NCBI GenBank assembly: GCA_036338695.1
Contig: JAYZBQ010000082.1
Location: 1-23,156, forward strand
Direction of reading: 5' to 3'
From: Myxococcota bacterium
Lineage (GTDB): Bacteria; Myxococcota; UBA4151
DNA length: 23,156 nt
The position numbers and the translations under genes were made by a program. Shown piece by piece: positions 9,074-17,161 of the stretch; position 1 is the first letter of the stretch; every line of letters starts with the position of its first letter. A model generated the notes under the pieces. That model was given only the letters and a program-made list of their open reading frames with translations, made no database searches and was not told the DNA's origin.

Positions 9074-11740
9074 TCAGCGGCAGCGAATGCGATAGAGCCC
9101 CTGCCCGTCGGGCGTGCCGCTCCACATCGTCGGCTTGGTCTGCGTCGCCTGAACCACAAAGACAAAGGCGCCGTTCGAGTAGGTGTAAGCGGCTTCATCG
9201 GACGAGGCGACCCTCGACACGGAATTGACCTCCCGAGCGTTGTCCATGACCAACCTGCTGACGCTGCACGGGAGGTTCCGCACCTGAGTCAAGCGCAGCA
9301 CCGGGGATAGGTCACCTTGACGCTCAGAGGTGAATTTGACCCGAAAATCATCATCGCCCCTTAGATCAAACTGACTGATCTCGTAGCTGTAGAGCCCGTC
9401 CAATATGACCGACATTTTGTTGTAATAACGGTTGGGGTCCGACGGCGTTATGGTCGCTCCGTCCGAGCGCGTGACCGTATACCACTGCCGGTTTGCGGAT
9501 CCCGGGCCAGACAGCCGGATGTGACCCATTCGGTACTCGCAGCGCAACGAATCACCCGCCCACTCGATGCATGAGGCGTCGTTGTTGAGCGGGTGCCGCG
9601 GACGCAGCAACGCGCCGCGCCGTCCCGTCAGGTCGCCCTCAACGTCGCGCACACCTGCGACATAGGAATCCTCCCAGTTCAGGTTCTGCCAGCGCATGTT
9701 GATTCGCTCAAAGGGCTCGAACTCAAAACTGATCCGCTCGACGTGGTTGACCCAGCGCTCTGCGCCTCCGGTCATCTGAATGGGCACCGGCGTAAAATCA
9801 ACGCCGCCGCGCCGGATGGGCTCAGGCCCATACCCGGCGAAGTAGACGTTATCGAGCACGAAGGGGCCGTCGTAGATACGGATCCCTTCAAAGCGGTATC
9901 GGTGCAGGGCTTGTAAGGAGGTGCCCGGCGGCGGGTTGAGGTGATAGCTCCAGTCGGCTTCGGTCATCGAGTCGCTGACGCCGACGATCAAGCTGTCCTG
10001 CACGACCTGATTGTACGCGTACCAGCCGTTCGTGCCGTTATCGGCTAAAATAGCGCCACGATAGATCACCTGCTCGCCGCGAAAATAGATCCCAGCGGCG
10101 CTGTTTTTATAGGCCACCAGTCCATTGAAGGTCGGGACCTCGGGCGGTTGGTAGTGGCTGCTCACAATCGCGAAATCTTTGCCCGGATTGCGCGGATTAT
10201 CGATCAGCTGACCGTCCGCAGCTCCATCCCAGGTGATCCCGGTCACGCAGGAGACCGCCTCGTTGTTGTCAAACCGAAGGGTCGCGCTGCTTCGCGGGAA
10301 CACGTTTGGTGTTTGTCCGTTGCTCGGCGGCTCGCAACCCGCCTGCGAGCAGACCAGTTCGCGCCGAAACGCCATCCAAAAACCGCTCCCTTCAGACCCC
10401 ACCGCCACGTTGCCGTGGACGTCGTTGTTGGGGTGCGGGATCCAGTACGTTGAGGGGCCGGGGAACCTGTCGCCGGGCCCCACGTTAAACTCCGTCGCCA
10501 AGAGCGCACGGCCCGCCGGGACCCGCTTAGAGAGGATACCGATGTTGCCACTCAGAACGTTCTGCTCTTCGTTCCCCTCCTCCAAGAAGTAGCCGTGCCC
10601 GAAGTGGTTGTAGCAGACGTTGTCTGTGACGCGCGCGCGGTTGGTCGAGTGCACGACGACGCAGCGGTTGTAGCTGTCGTGGATGGCGCTTCGGCGGATA
10701 TACTGCCCGTCGACGTCCCCCATCAGGTGCCAGTGAAACGGGTAACGCCCCAGGCGGCCCATCTGACCGAAGCGCTGGAACTCGACGCCGTCCACATGCG
10801 CCACCCCGCCCATCATCACCATCAAGTGCCCACCGTGCTGCGCTTGACTCAAGGCGTCCGCCTCGGCGCGAAAGGCGATGGTGCGGGTCAAGTTCACCAC
10901 ATAGGCGCGCTGATCTAAGACGTAGCGCTCGTTGTCGACCACGTCGTCAAAGGTCTGGATCTCACCGAAGTGCAGCGCGCTCAGCGGTTCGGTCAAGGTC
11001 ACGACGCTGCCTTCAACCGACTGGATGAACCGCTTCTCGATCTCACGGCGATCAAACCCGGTCGAGGTCACGACGACCGCATCACCCACCTGCCAGTCGA
11101 CAGGCTCCGACACCGTGATCGAGCGCGCCCCGGCAGGGGTCGTACCGCTCAAGCGAACGGGCGCTGTGCGCGCCGGGTCACCATAGAGCGCCAGCTCTCC
11201 GCCGTTCATCACGAGCACACCACGGCTGCCTGCGTTGGGGCTGACCGCTGGAGCCGCCTCAGCGAAGCTCCGGTCTTCTCGAATAATGATCTCAACGCGC
11301 CCGGTAAAGGGAGCGTCTTGCGAACCGCAGGCGAAGCGTGCGTTTGCGCCCATGACCACGACACCGGTCACACGAAGGGTCGCCTGGACCCCCTCCCCGC
11401 AGCGCAGCTCACCGCGGACGATCAGCGTCCCTAAGGTGACGTCCTCGTCGATCCAAACGACGGCGCCGGGCTCGATCACGACGTCGCCGCCGTCTCGGGC
11501 GCGTGCGCTTAGAGGGTCATCGTACACCGGCCTGCCGCTGTCCACCGGGCCGGCGTCAGGGGGCGCACCGGCGTCGCTTTGCCCGGTTCCGGCTACGTCC
11601 CCGCTGCCGGCATCAACCCGGGCGCCGCCTGCGTCGCTCGCCACGGCTGCGTCCAAGCCAGCCGGCGGCTCCGCCTGAGGCGCCTGACCACAAGCCAGCC
11701 ACGCAGCGCACACCATCCCGGCAGCAGTTAATCGTTTCAT
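9074..11740 (-). CDS. G8-domain, parallel beta-helix lipoprotein (CEMIP/TMEM2/fibrocystin-like)
   Basis: Lipobox WLA-C. Gly-rich G8-like region (LIVRGEL...GELALYG), VDWQVGDAVVVTSTG, LGRYPFHWH, SYNRCVVVHST, GHGYFLEEGNE, YDGP. Confidence 0.85.
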   Translation of the reverse strand: MKRLTAAGMVCAAWLACGQAPQAEPPAGLDAAVASDAGGARVDAGSGDVAGTGQSDAGAPPDAGPVDSGRPVYDDPLSARARDGGDVVIEPGAVVWIDEDVTLGTLIVRGELRCGEGVQATLRVTGVVVMGANARFACGSQDAPFTGRVEIIIREDRSFAEAAPAVSPNAGSRGVLVMNGGELALYGDPARTAPVRLSGTTPAGARSITVSEPVDWQVGDAVVVTSTGFDRREIEKRFIQSVEGSVVTLTEPLSALHFGEIQTFDDVVDNERYVLDQRAYVVNLTRTIAFRAEADALSQAQHGGHLMVMMGGVAHVDGVEFQRFGQMGRLGRYPFHWHLMGDVDGQYIRRSAIHDSYNRCVVVHSTNRARVTDNVCYNHFGHGYFLEEGNEEQNVLSGNIGILSKRVPAGRALLATEFNVGPGDRFPGPSTYWIPHPNNDVHGNVAVGSEGSGFWMAFRRELVCSQAGCEPPSNGQTPNVFPRSSATLRFDNNEAVSCVTGITWDGAADGQLIDNPRNPGKDFAIVSSHYQPPEVPTFNGLVAYKNSAAGIYFRGEQVIYRGAILADNGTNGWYAYNQVVQDSLIVGVSDSMTEADWSYHLNPPPGTSLQALHRYRFEGIRIYDGPFVLDNVYFAGYGPEPIRRGGVDFTPVPIQMTGGAERWVNHVERISFEFEPFERINMRWQNLNWEDSYVAGVRDVEGDLTGRRGALLRPRHPLNNDASCIEWAGDSLRCEYRMGHIRLSGPGSANRQWYTVTRSDGATITPSDPNRYYNKMSVILDGLYSYEISQFDLRGDDDFRVKFTSERQGDLSPVLRLTQVRNLPCSVSRLVMDNAREVNSVSRVASSDEAAYTYSNGAFVFVVQATQTKPTMWSGTPDGQGLYRIRCR

Positions 11741-11859
11741 AGCAAGCACCCCCCTGCGGTGACCGACATCTCCATCGTAGGTGATGCAAGGGTGCGCGTC
11801 GATGGTCGGTTCGCCCGACCCGGTCGGGGATTTATGGTGCCGCCCGCACGGCTGACGGG

Positions 11860-12213
11860 CTAGCGCTGAACGAGCGTGATCGGCCCGTGATCGTCGCAGT
11901 GATCGCCGTGGACGTGGTGCAAGTGACCGTCGACCACGTAGTCGATGTGGTCACCGTGTGGGACCGCTTCGTGCCCACACCCTGGGCCGTGAACGTGCCC
12001 CGCCTCGTGTCCGCCGCACTGATGAGCCGGGGTGCAGTGATCCGGGTTGACCTCGGATACAGCGATCACGTGCTCATCGACGTGGTCACCGTGCGGATGA
12101 TGCAGGTGCCCGTCGTGCAAGTAATCGACGTGTCCGTCGTGCTCAACGGCTTGATGGCCACAACCCGGACCGTGGACGTGATCGTGTTGCTCGTGCTTCG
12201 TGCATTCGGACAT
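11860..12213 (-). CDS. His/Cys-rich putative metal-binding protein with two HVHGPGCGH repeats
   Basis: 28 His and 6 Cys in 117 aa. Duplicated HVHGPGCGHxAVxHxxHxDYxxDGHLHHxHGDHxDxH unit. AAGGAG RBS. 19 nt downstream of the ArsR gene. Confidence 0.85.
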   Translation of the reverse strand: MSECTKHEQHDHVHGPGCGHQAVEHDGHVDYLHDGHLHHPHGDHVDEHVIAVSEVNPDHCTPAHQCGGHEAGHVHGPGCGHEAVPHGDHIDYVVDGHLHHVHGDHCDDHGPITLVQR

Positions 12214-12232
12214 GATGTGCTCCTTGGCGGCG

Positions 12233-12598
12233 CTAGCGCAGCCGCTCTTCCTCGACGTGATCGAAGGTGTTGGTGAGTAGTTCGCGGACGTGATGGTCCG
12301 CGATGGAGTAATAGATGTGTTTGCCCCGGCGCTCCTTTGTGACCAGGCGCGCCTGATGAAGCTGTTGAAGCCGCTGCGAGATGGTCGTCACCTTCTCTTC
12401 CAGTTCGTGCGCGAGCTCCGAGACGCAGTGCTCTTGATCCAGCAAGCGCTCCATCAGCTGCAAGCGCTCGATCGAACCAAGCGCCTGAAACAACCGCGCG
12501 CTGTCTGAGACCGTGCGCGCAGGGCGCAGCTCATGCTCGTGCTCCTCATGAAGCGCTTGGTCGCAATGGGCATCCAGGTGATCGTTCGCTTTCATCAT
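12233..12598 (-). CDS. ArsR/SmtB family metalloregulatory repressor (alpha5 Zn/Co site)
   Basis: LFQALGSIERL, EHCVSEL, ISQRLQQL HTH, RRGKHIYYSI wing, and alpha5 motif D-x-H-x10-H-x2-E (DHHVRELLTNTFDHVEE). Confidence 0.92.
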   Translation of the reverse strand: MMKANDHLDAHCDQALHEEHEHELRPARTVSDSARLFQALGSIERLQLMERLLDQEHCVSELAHELEEKVTTISQRLQQLHQARLVTKERRGKHIYYSIADHHVRELLTNTFDHVEEERLR

Positions 12599-12606
12599 AA
12601 TCTATC

Positions 12607-12634
12607 TATAATCCATGGATTCATGGATTGTAAA
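12607..12634 (-). promoter_or_regulatory. Putative ArsR/SmtB operator overlapping a sigma70-like promoter
   Basis: Inverted repeat TATAATCCATG-gatt-CATGGATTGTA (12607-12632, 1 mismatch). Minus strand reads TTTACA-N18-TATAGA, ending 6 nt before ATG 12598. AT-rich patch in GC-rich DNA. Confidence 0.7.
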
Positions 12635-12678
12635 CCCCAATCATACAAACGACTTCGTGAGCCTCACTCCAAGCTGAG

Positions 12679-13953
12679 TCAGGTGATGGGTCTGTGCAGC
12701 CTCTGTCGCGCCGAGGCGGCGTGGGCCGCTAACCCTTCACAATCGGCCAGCGCTGCGACGTCGGCGATCAGCTGCTCGTCGGGTGCCTGAGCATCGAGCG
12801 CAAGCCAGGTGCGGACGCGGATGAAGCTGAGCACGCTCAGCCCGCCCGTATGACGCGCCGTCCCACCGGTAGGCAACACGTGGTTCGGGCCGACACCATA
12901 ATCACCGAACACCTCAGCCGATTGCGTACCAAGAAAGGCTCCGCCGTAGTGCTGTATCGCTCGCAACAGCTCGCCCGGTTGCGCGCAGTGCAGCTCGAGG
13001 TGTTCCGGCGCGCAGCGGTTGACCACGTCGATGAGCTCATGACGGTTGGAACAAATGATCGCTGCGCCCTGAGCCAGTGAGACGCCAGCGACCTGACGGG
13101 TTTCGAGCTGAGTCAGCTGCGAGGCGCAGGCCTCGGAGACCGCCTGCGCCACCGAGGCATTCGTCGTCACGAGCCGTACGATCGCGTCGACGTCGTGCTC
13201 AGCTTGTCCGAGCAGATCCGCGGCGACGAGCTCCGGGTCTGCGGTTTCATCGGCGATGACGACCAGCTCGGAAGGCCCGGCGAGCATGTCGACGCCCACA
13301 CGACCGATGACGACAGCCTTTGCTGCGGTGACCCAACGGTTCCCCGGTCCCGCCACAAAATCGACCGCGTCGAAGCCCTCAAAACCGTAGCTCAAGGCAG
13401 CGATCGCGTGCGCGCCGCCTGCGTGGAGGAACTCGTCCGCGCCAGCGAGCCACGCCGCACCGAGCATCAGGTCGTCGCTCGAAGGGCTGGCGACGACGAC
13501 TGAGCCGACGCCCGCGGCGCGCGCGGTCGCTGCCGTCATCAAGACACTGGAAGGGAGCGGGTAGTTGCCGCCGGGCGCGTAGCAGCCTGCGCGCGCAACT
13601 GGCTCAAGGTCATGGCCTGCACGTCCACCAGGCACAGCCATCTCCAGGGGCGCCAGGCAGGCGCGCTGAGCTCGAGCGAAGTCGGTGATGCGGGAGCAGG
13701 TGCGCTCGAGCACGCCGCGCGTATCAGGAGCCAATCGCTTGTAGGCAGCTTTGAGCTGCTCTCGATCCAACACCAAGGGGTCAAACTGGCGCCCTTCGAA
13801 CTGAGCGATGGCGGCACGCAGAGCCACTTCGCCTCCGTCACGCACCGAGCCGACGATGCTGCGCGCACGCTCAAGCGTCTCACCGTCGACTGGGTCCGCC
13901 CGTGGAAAACGTACGTCACGCGCTGCGACGACCGGTAACCCGGCGCTAATCAT
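12679..13953 (-). CDS. hisD: Histidinol dehydrogenase
   Basis: GCYAPGG, GGAHAIAALSYG, GPGNRWVTAAK, DMLAGPSEL, QAEHD, PEHLEL, GDYGVGPNHVLPT. GGAGG RBS before ATG 13953, which overlaps the upstream stop. Confidence 0.97.
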   Translation of the reverse strand: MISAGLPVVAARDVRFPRADPVDGETLERARSIVGSVRDGGEVALRAAIAQFEGRQFDPLVLDREQLKAAYKRLAPDTRGVLERTCSRITDFARAQRACLAPLEMAVPGGRAGHDLEPVARAGCYAPGGNYPLPSSVLMTAATARAAGVGSVVVASPSSDDLMLGAAWLAGADEFLHAGGAHAIAALSYGFEGFDAVDFVAGPGNRWVTAAKAVVIGRVGVDMLAGPSELVVIADETADPELVAADLLGQAEHDVDAIVRLVTTNASVAQAVSEACASQLTQLETRQVAGVSLAQGAAIICSNRHELIDVVNRCAPEHLELHCAQPGELLRAIQHYGGAFLGTQSAEVFGDYGVGPNHVLPTGGTARHTGGLSVLSFIRVRTWLALDAQAPDEQLIADVAALADCEGLAAHAASARQRLHRPIT

Positions 13954-15220
13954 GGCGCACCTCCGGTTCTTTGGCATCACCCGAGCGCCTCGAGACGCTC
14001 TGGGCTCGCCGCTCGAGCGTGGTGACGACATCGCCCCATTGCGCACCGCGCGCCGTCATCGCGACGAGCGCAAAGTACAGGACATCGGCGGTCTCCCAGA
14101 CCGCCTCAGCCGGCGTCATGGCGTCGCTCAGTTCATGGACCTCCTCGATCAGCTTGGAGCGCAGCAAAACCGGGTCTTCGAACAAGCGCTTAGTGTACGA
14201 TCCAGTGGGCGCCTCCGTGAGTCGACTCGAGAGCCGCTCGGCCAAACGAGGTAAGCCATCCAGCGCGCCCCAGCAGCTGTTGGTCTGCCGGTGGCAAAAG
14301 CCAGCGCCGCGCTGACGGACCGTCACCCTAAGGCTGTCTCGGTCGCAGTCGAGGTCTACCCGAAGCACCTCCTGCGTTGCGCCGCTCCCCTCTCCTTTGC
14401 GCCAGAGGCCACGCCGGCGGGACCAATAGGTCCCTTCGCCGGTCTCGACGCACTGCGCCACCGAGCGCAGGTTGGAGTAGACCAAACCGAGCGCTCGCTG
14501 GTGCTGGTCGACCACGACCGTCGGCCACAGACCGTCCGGGCGATCGCTCCGCATCGGCGCGGTCAGCGCCTCCGCCAGCGAGAGACGTCCGGTGTACAAC
14601 GCCATACCGAGCTGTGCGTCTGCGCCGAGGTCGTCGAGCTTGGCAATCTCTGCGGCGCTAGTCACACCACCAGCGATGGTCACCCCAGCCCCCTGCGCGG
14701 CGCGCACCAGCGCCGGGACTCGGTCGAGTCGTGTCCCGCCCATGCGCCCCTCTCGCTCAACGAAAGTGACCAGGTAGCCATCAACGTATGGGTTCAGCGC
14801 CGCCATCTGCTCCTCGATCCCGTGCTCGGTTTGCCGGCGCCAGCCGTCGACCACGACGCGCTCACCGCGCACATCCAGCGCAGCCAGGCAGCGATCCCGA
14901 GGAAGCTGAGCAAAAAACTCGGGGCTCGCCGCTGTCCCGACCAGGACGTGCTCTGCCCCTGCGTCCAGCCAGGCTCTCGCCCGCTCGACGGAGCGGATGC
15001 CACCGCCCACGCGACAGCGATAGGTCGCACACAGCGAGCGAATCAGCGCGCTGTTATCACCGGTCCCTAAGGCCGCGTCGAGGTCGATCACAGCGATCGG
15101 GCCGGTGCGCGCAAAGCGCGCTGCGATCGCCATCGGGTCGCCCGCTTCAAGCGCTTTGGTCTCGCCCCCGATTAACTGCACCGCCTGACCGTCCATGATG
15201 TCGATGGAAGGAATGATCAT
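13946..15220 (-). CDS. hisA-hisIE: Trifunctional HisA (ProFAR isomerase)-HisI (PR-AMP cyclohydrolase)-HisE (PR-ATP pyrophosphatase) fusion
   Basis: HisA: IIPSID, VIDLDAA, VGGGIRS, IAGGV, GMALY. HisI: WRKGEGSG, DCDRDSL, FCH..NSCW. HisE: GSYTKRL, KLIEEVHEL, ETADVLYF. ATG 15220 forms an ATGA overlap with the hisF stop. Confidence 0.93.
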   Translation of the reverse strand: MIIPSIDIMDGQAVQLIGGETKALEAGDPMAIAARFARTGPIAVIDLDAALGTGDNSALIRSLCATYRCRVGGGIRSVERARAWLDAGAEHVLVGTAASPEFFAQLPRDRCLAALDVRGERVVVDGWRRQTEHGIEEQMAALNPYVDGYLVTFVEREGRMGGTRLDRVPALVRAAQGAGVTIAGGVTSAAEIAKLDDLGADAQLGMALYTGRLSLAEALTAPMRSDRPDGLWPTVVVDQHQRALGLVYSNLRSVAQCVETGEGTYWSRRRGLWRKGEGSGATQEVLRVDLDCDRDSLRVTVRQRGAGFCHRQTNSCWGALDGLPRLAERLSSRLTEAPTGSYTKRLFEDPVLLRSKLIEEVHELSDAMTPAEAVWETADVLYFALVAMTARGAQWGDVVTTLERRAQSVSRRSGDAKEPEVRHD

Positions 15221-15972
15221 ATCCGCACCTCCATGCCCTGCTCGCGCAGGGCGGTTTTGACCTGAGCGCAGGTCATCTCGTCGTCGTGAAAAATGGACGC
15301 CGCCAGCACCGCATGAGCGCCCGCTTGGAACGCCTGGGTCATATGAGCCGGCGTGTTGGCACCCCCCGAGGCGATGATCGGAACCCGGACGCGCCGAGCC
15401 GCCGCTCGGAGGAGTTCCAGGTCGTAGCCACTGCGCGTCCCGTCCTGATCCCAGCTGGTCAAGAGCAGTTCGCCGGCGCCGCGTCCGGCAGCCTCTTCCA
15501 GCCAATCCACGACGCAGCGGCTCGTCTCGACGCGGCCGCCTCGCACCCTCACCGCCCACGCTCCGTGCCGGATCCGGCGTGCGTCCACAGCTGCGATCGT
15601 ACACTGCCGACCGAACCGAGCGGCGAGCTCGTTGAGCAGCTCCGGCCGGGCGACTGCCGCTGAGTTAACCGCTACCTTGTCCGCACCGGCGGCGAGCAGC
15701 GCCTGTGCGTCGTTGACAGAGCGCACGCCTCCACCGACCGTCAGTGGGATCCTTAGGACGCTGCGAAGCTGTCGCACCACGTCAAGCGCCGCCGTCCGCT
15801 CTTCGAGCGTCGCTGAGACGTCAAGCACGACGAGCTCATCAGCGCCTTGCTCGGCATAAAGCCGAGCGCGCGCGACCGGGTCGCCGGCGTCGCGTAAATT
15901 CTGAAACTGGGTGCCCTTGACGACCCGACCCCCGCGTACGTCGAGGCACGGGATGACGCGCGCGGTCAGCAT
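15217..15972 (-). CDS. hisF: Imidazole glycerol phosphate synthase, cyclase subunit
   Basis: RVIPCLDV..GRVVKG, GADELVVLD, PLTVGGG, LLTSWDQDGT, IASGGA, LAASIFH. Confidence 0.98.
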   Translation of the reverse strand: MLTARVIPCLDVRGGRVVKGTQFQNLRDAGDPVARARLYAEQGADELVVLDVSATLEERTAALDVVRQLRSVLRIPLTVGGGVRSVNDAQALLAAGADKVAVNSAAVARPELLNELAARFGRQCTIAAVDARRIRHGAWAVRVRGGRVETSRCVVDWLEEAAGRGAGELLLTSWDQDGTRSGYDLELLRAAARRVRVPIIASGGANTPAHMTQAFQAGAHAVLAASIFHDDEMTCAQVKTALREQGMEVRI

Positions 15973-16574
15973 GACGCCTCCGCTCGCTGCAGCCAGCGCG
16001 CCAAAAGCGCTTCACCATACTCGCCGCTCAACTCGGGATGGAACTGGCAACCGAGGACCGCGCCGCGCTCGAGACCCGCAACCAGCGCGCCGCCGTAGTC
16101 ACTCATGGCGCCAGACCACCCCTCAGGGATCTGCTCAAACCGATAACTGTTGGCAAAGTAGGCATACCCCGACGCGAGCAGCTCGGCTTCGGGCGACGCT
16201 ACCACTCGGTTCCAGCCCATCTGGGGTGTCACCAGCGAATCGTTAAAGCCCACTGCCTGCAGCGCCACACACCCAAGACCTTGGCGCCCTGGAGACTCGT
16301 CGCTTCCGCGCCCGAACAGCTGCAGCCCCAGACAGATCCCAAGCGTTGGGCGGCCGGCGTTGATGCGCTCGGCGAGCGGCGCCATCACCCCCTGCGTTTG
16401 CAGCGCGTCGATGGCTGCGCCAAAGGCGCCGACACCGGGGACGACGAGGCGCCGAGCGTCGCGTACGGCGCAGGCGCTTGAGATCCGCTCGACGGGGACA
16501 CCTAACCGCGTAAACGCAGCGATCACCGAAGCCGAGTTCGCAAGACCGGTCTCAAGGAGGCTGACTCCGCTCAT
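15966..16574 (-). CDS. hisH: Imidazole glycerol phosphate synthase, glutamine amidotransferase subunit
   Basis: VPGVGAF, LGICLGLQ (Cys nucleophile), PQMGWN, QFHPELSG. AAAGGAG 7 nt before ATG 16574; GTG 16577 is an alternative start. Confidence 0.97.
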   Translation of the reverse strand: MSGVSLLETGLANSASVIAAFTRLGVPVERISSACAVRDARRLVVPGVGAFGAAIDALQTQGVMAPLAERINAGRPTLGICLGLQLFGRGSDESPGRQGLGCVALQAVGFNDSLVTPQMGWNRVVASPEAELLASGYAYFANSYRFEQIPEGWSGAMSDYGGALVAGLERGAVLGCQFHPELSGEYGEALLARWLQRAEASC

Positions 16575-17161
16575 CACAACGCTCCTTTCGTGCTCGGGAC
16601 CGTCCGCTCGCCGGTTCGTGTGAGCGCTTGACGCAGCGCCAGGGCGAGCGCCTTGAAAGCCGCCTCTGCTCGGTGATGATCGTTCTCGCCGCGCAGCACG
16701 TCGACGTGCAGCGAGGCGCGTAAGGCGACGCTCAGCGACTGCATGACGTGGGTGAGGCTCTCGGTCGCAATCGCGCCGATTCGCTCGCGCCGCAGCCCGA
16801 GCGAGATGACCGGGCTTGGGCGCCCGGACAAGTCCACGCAGGCGCGCGCCAGCGCCTCATCCATCGGGCAATACGCGCTGCCAAACCGGCCGATCCCTCG
16901 CCGCTCGCCCAAGGCCTGATCAACCGCCTGTCCGAGCACCAGCGCGCAGTCTTCGCTGGTGTGGTGATCGTCAACTTGTAGGTCCCCATCGCATGTCAAC
17001 GAGAGGTCCCAACGAGCATGGCGAGCCAGCGTCGTCAGCATGTGGTCGAGAAACCCGATCCCGGTGACGACATCGGTGATGCCGGAGCCGTCGAGATTGA
17101 GCCGAAGACGGATGTCGGTCTCGTTGGTTTGGCGAGATAGCTCGATAGTTCGGGGCTTCAT
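16574..17161 (-). CDS. hisB: Imidazoleglycerol-phosphate dehydratase (monofunctional)
   Basis: RQTNETDI, TGIGFLDHML, DDHHTSED, PMDEAL, GENDHHRAEAAFKA, PSTKG. ATGA overlap with the upstream gene. Confidence 0.98.
   Translation of the reverse strand: MKPRTIELSRQTNETDIRLRLNLDGSGITDVVTGIGFLDHMLTTLARHARWDLSLTCDGDLQVDDHHTSEDCALVLGQAVDQALGERRGIGRFGSAYCPMDEALARACVDLSGRPSPVISLGLRRERIGAIATESLTHVMQSLSVALRASLHVDVLRGENDHHRAEAAFKALALALRQALTRTGERTVPSTKGAL

Noticed and set aside
11814..11828. Hairpin CCCGAC-ccg-GTCGGG downstream of the His-rich gene
   Set aside because: Short and lacks a U-tract on the minus strand, so a terminator cannot be supported.
11887..12276. Val/Asp-rich + strand ORF
   Set aside because: Antisense mirror of the CAC/GAC codons of the His-rich gene.
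13946..13960. Programmed frameshift joining HisA-IE to HisD
   Set aside because: No slippery sequence is visible, and hisD has its own GGAGG RBS. Ordinary translational coupling is sufficient.
14291..15070. Long antisense ORFs (this 259-aa one, also 5916-6563, 2943-3539, 8319-8915, 18283-18858)
   Set aside because: Shadow ORFs expected in high-GC coding DNA, with no recognisable motifs.
15221..15604. 128-aa N-terminal extension of the 552-aa ORF
   Set aside because: It overlaps hisF in another frame. The real start is MIIPSID at 15220, with an RBS and an ATGA overlap.
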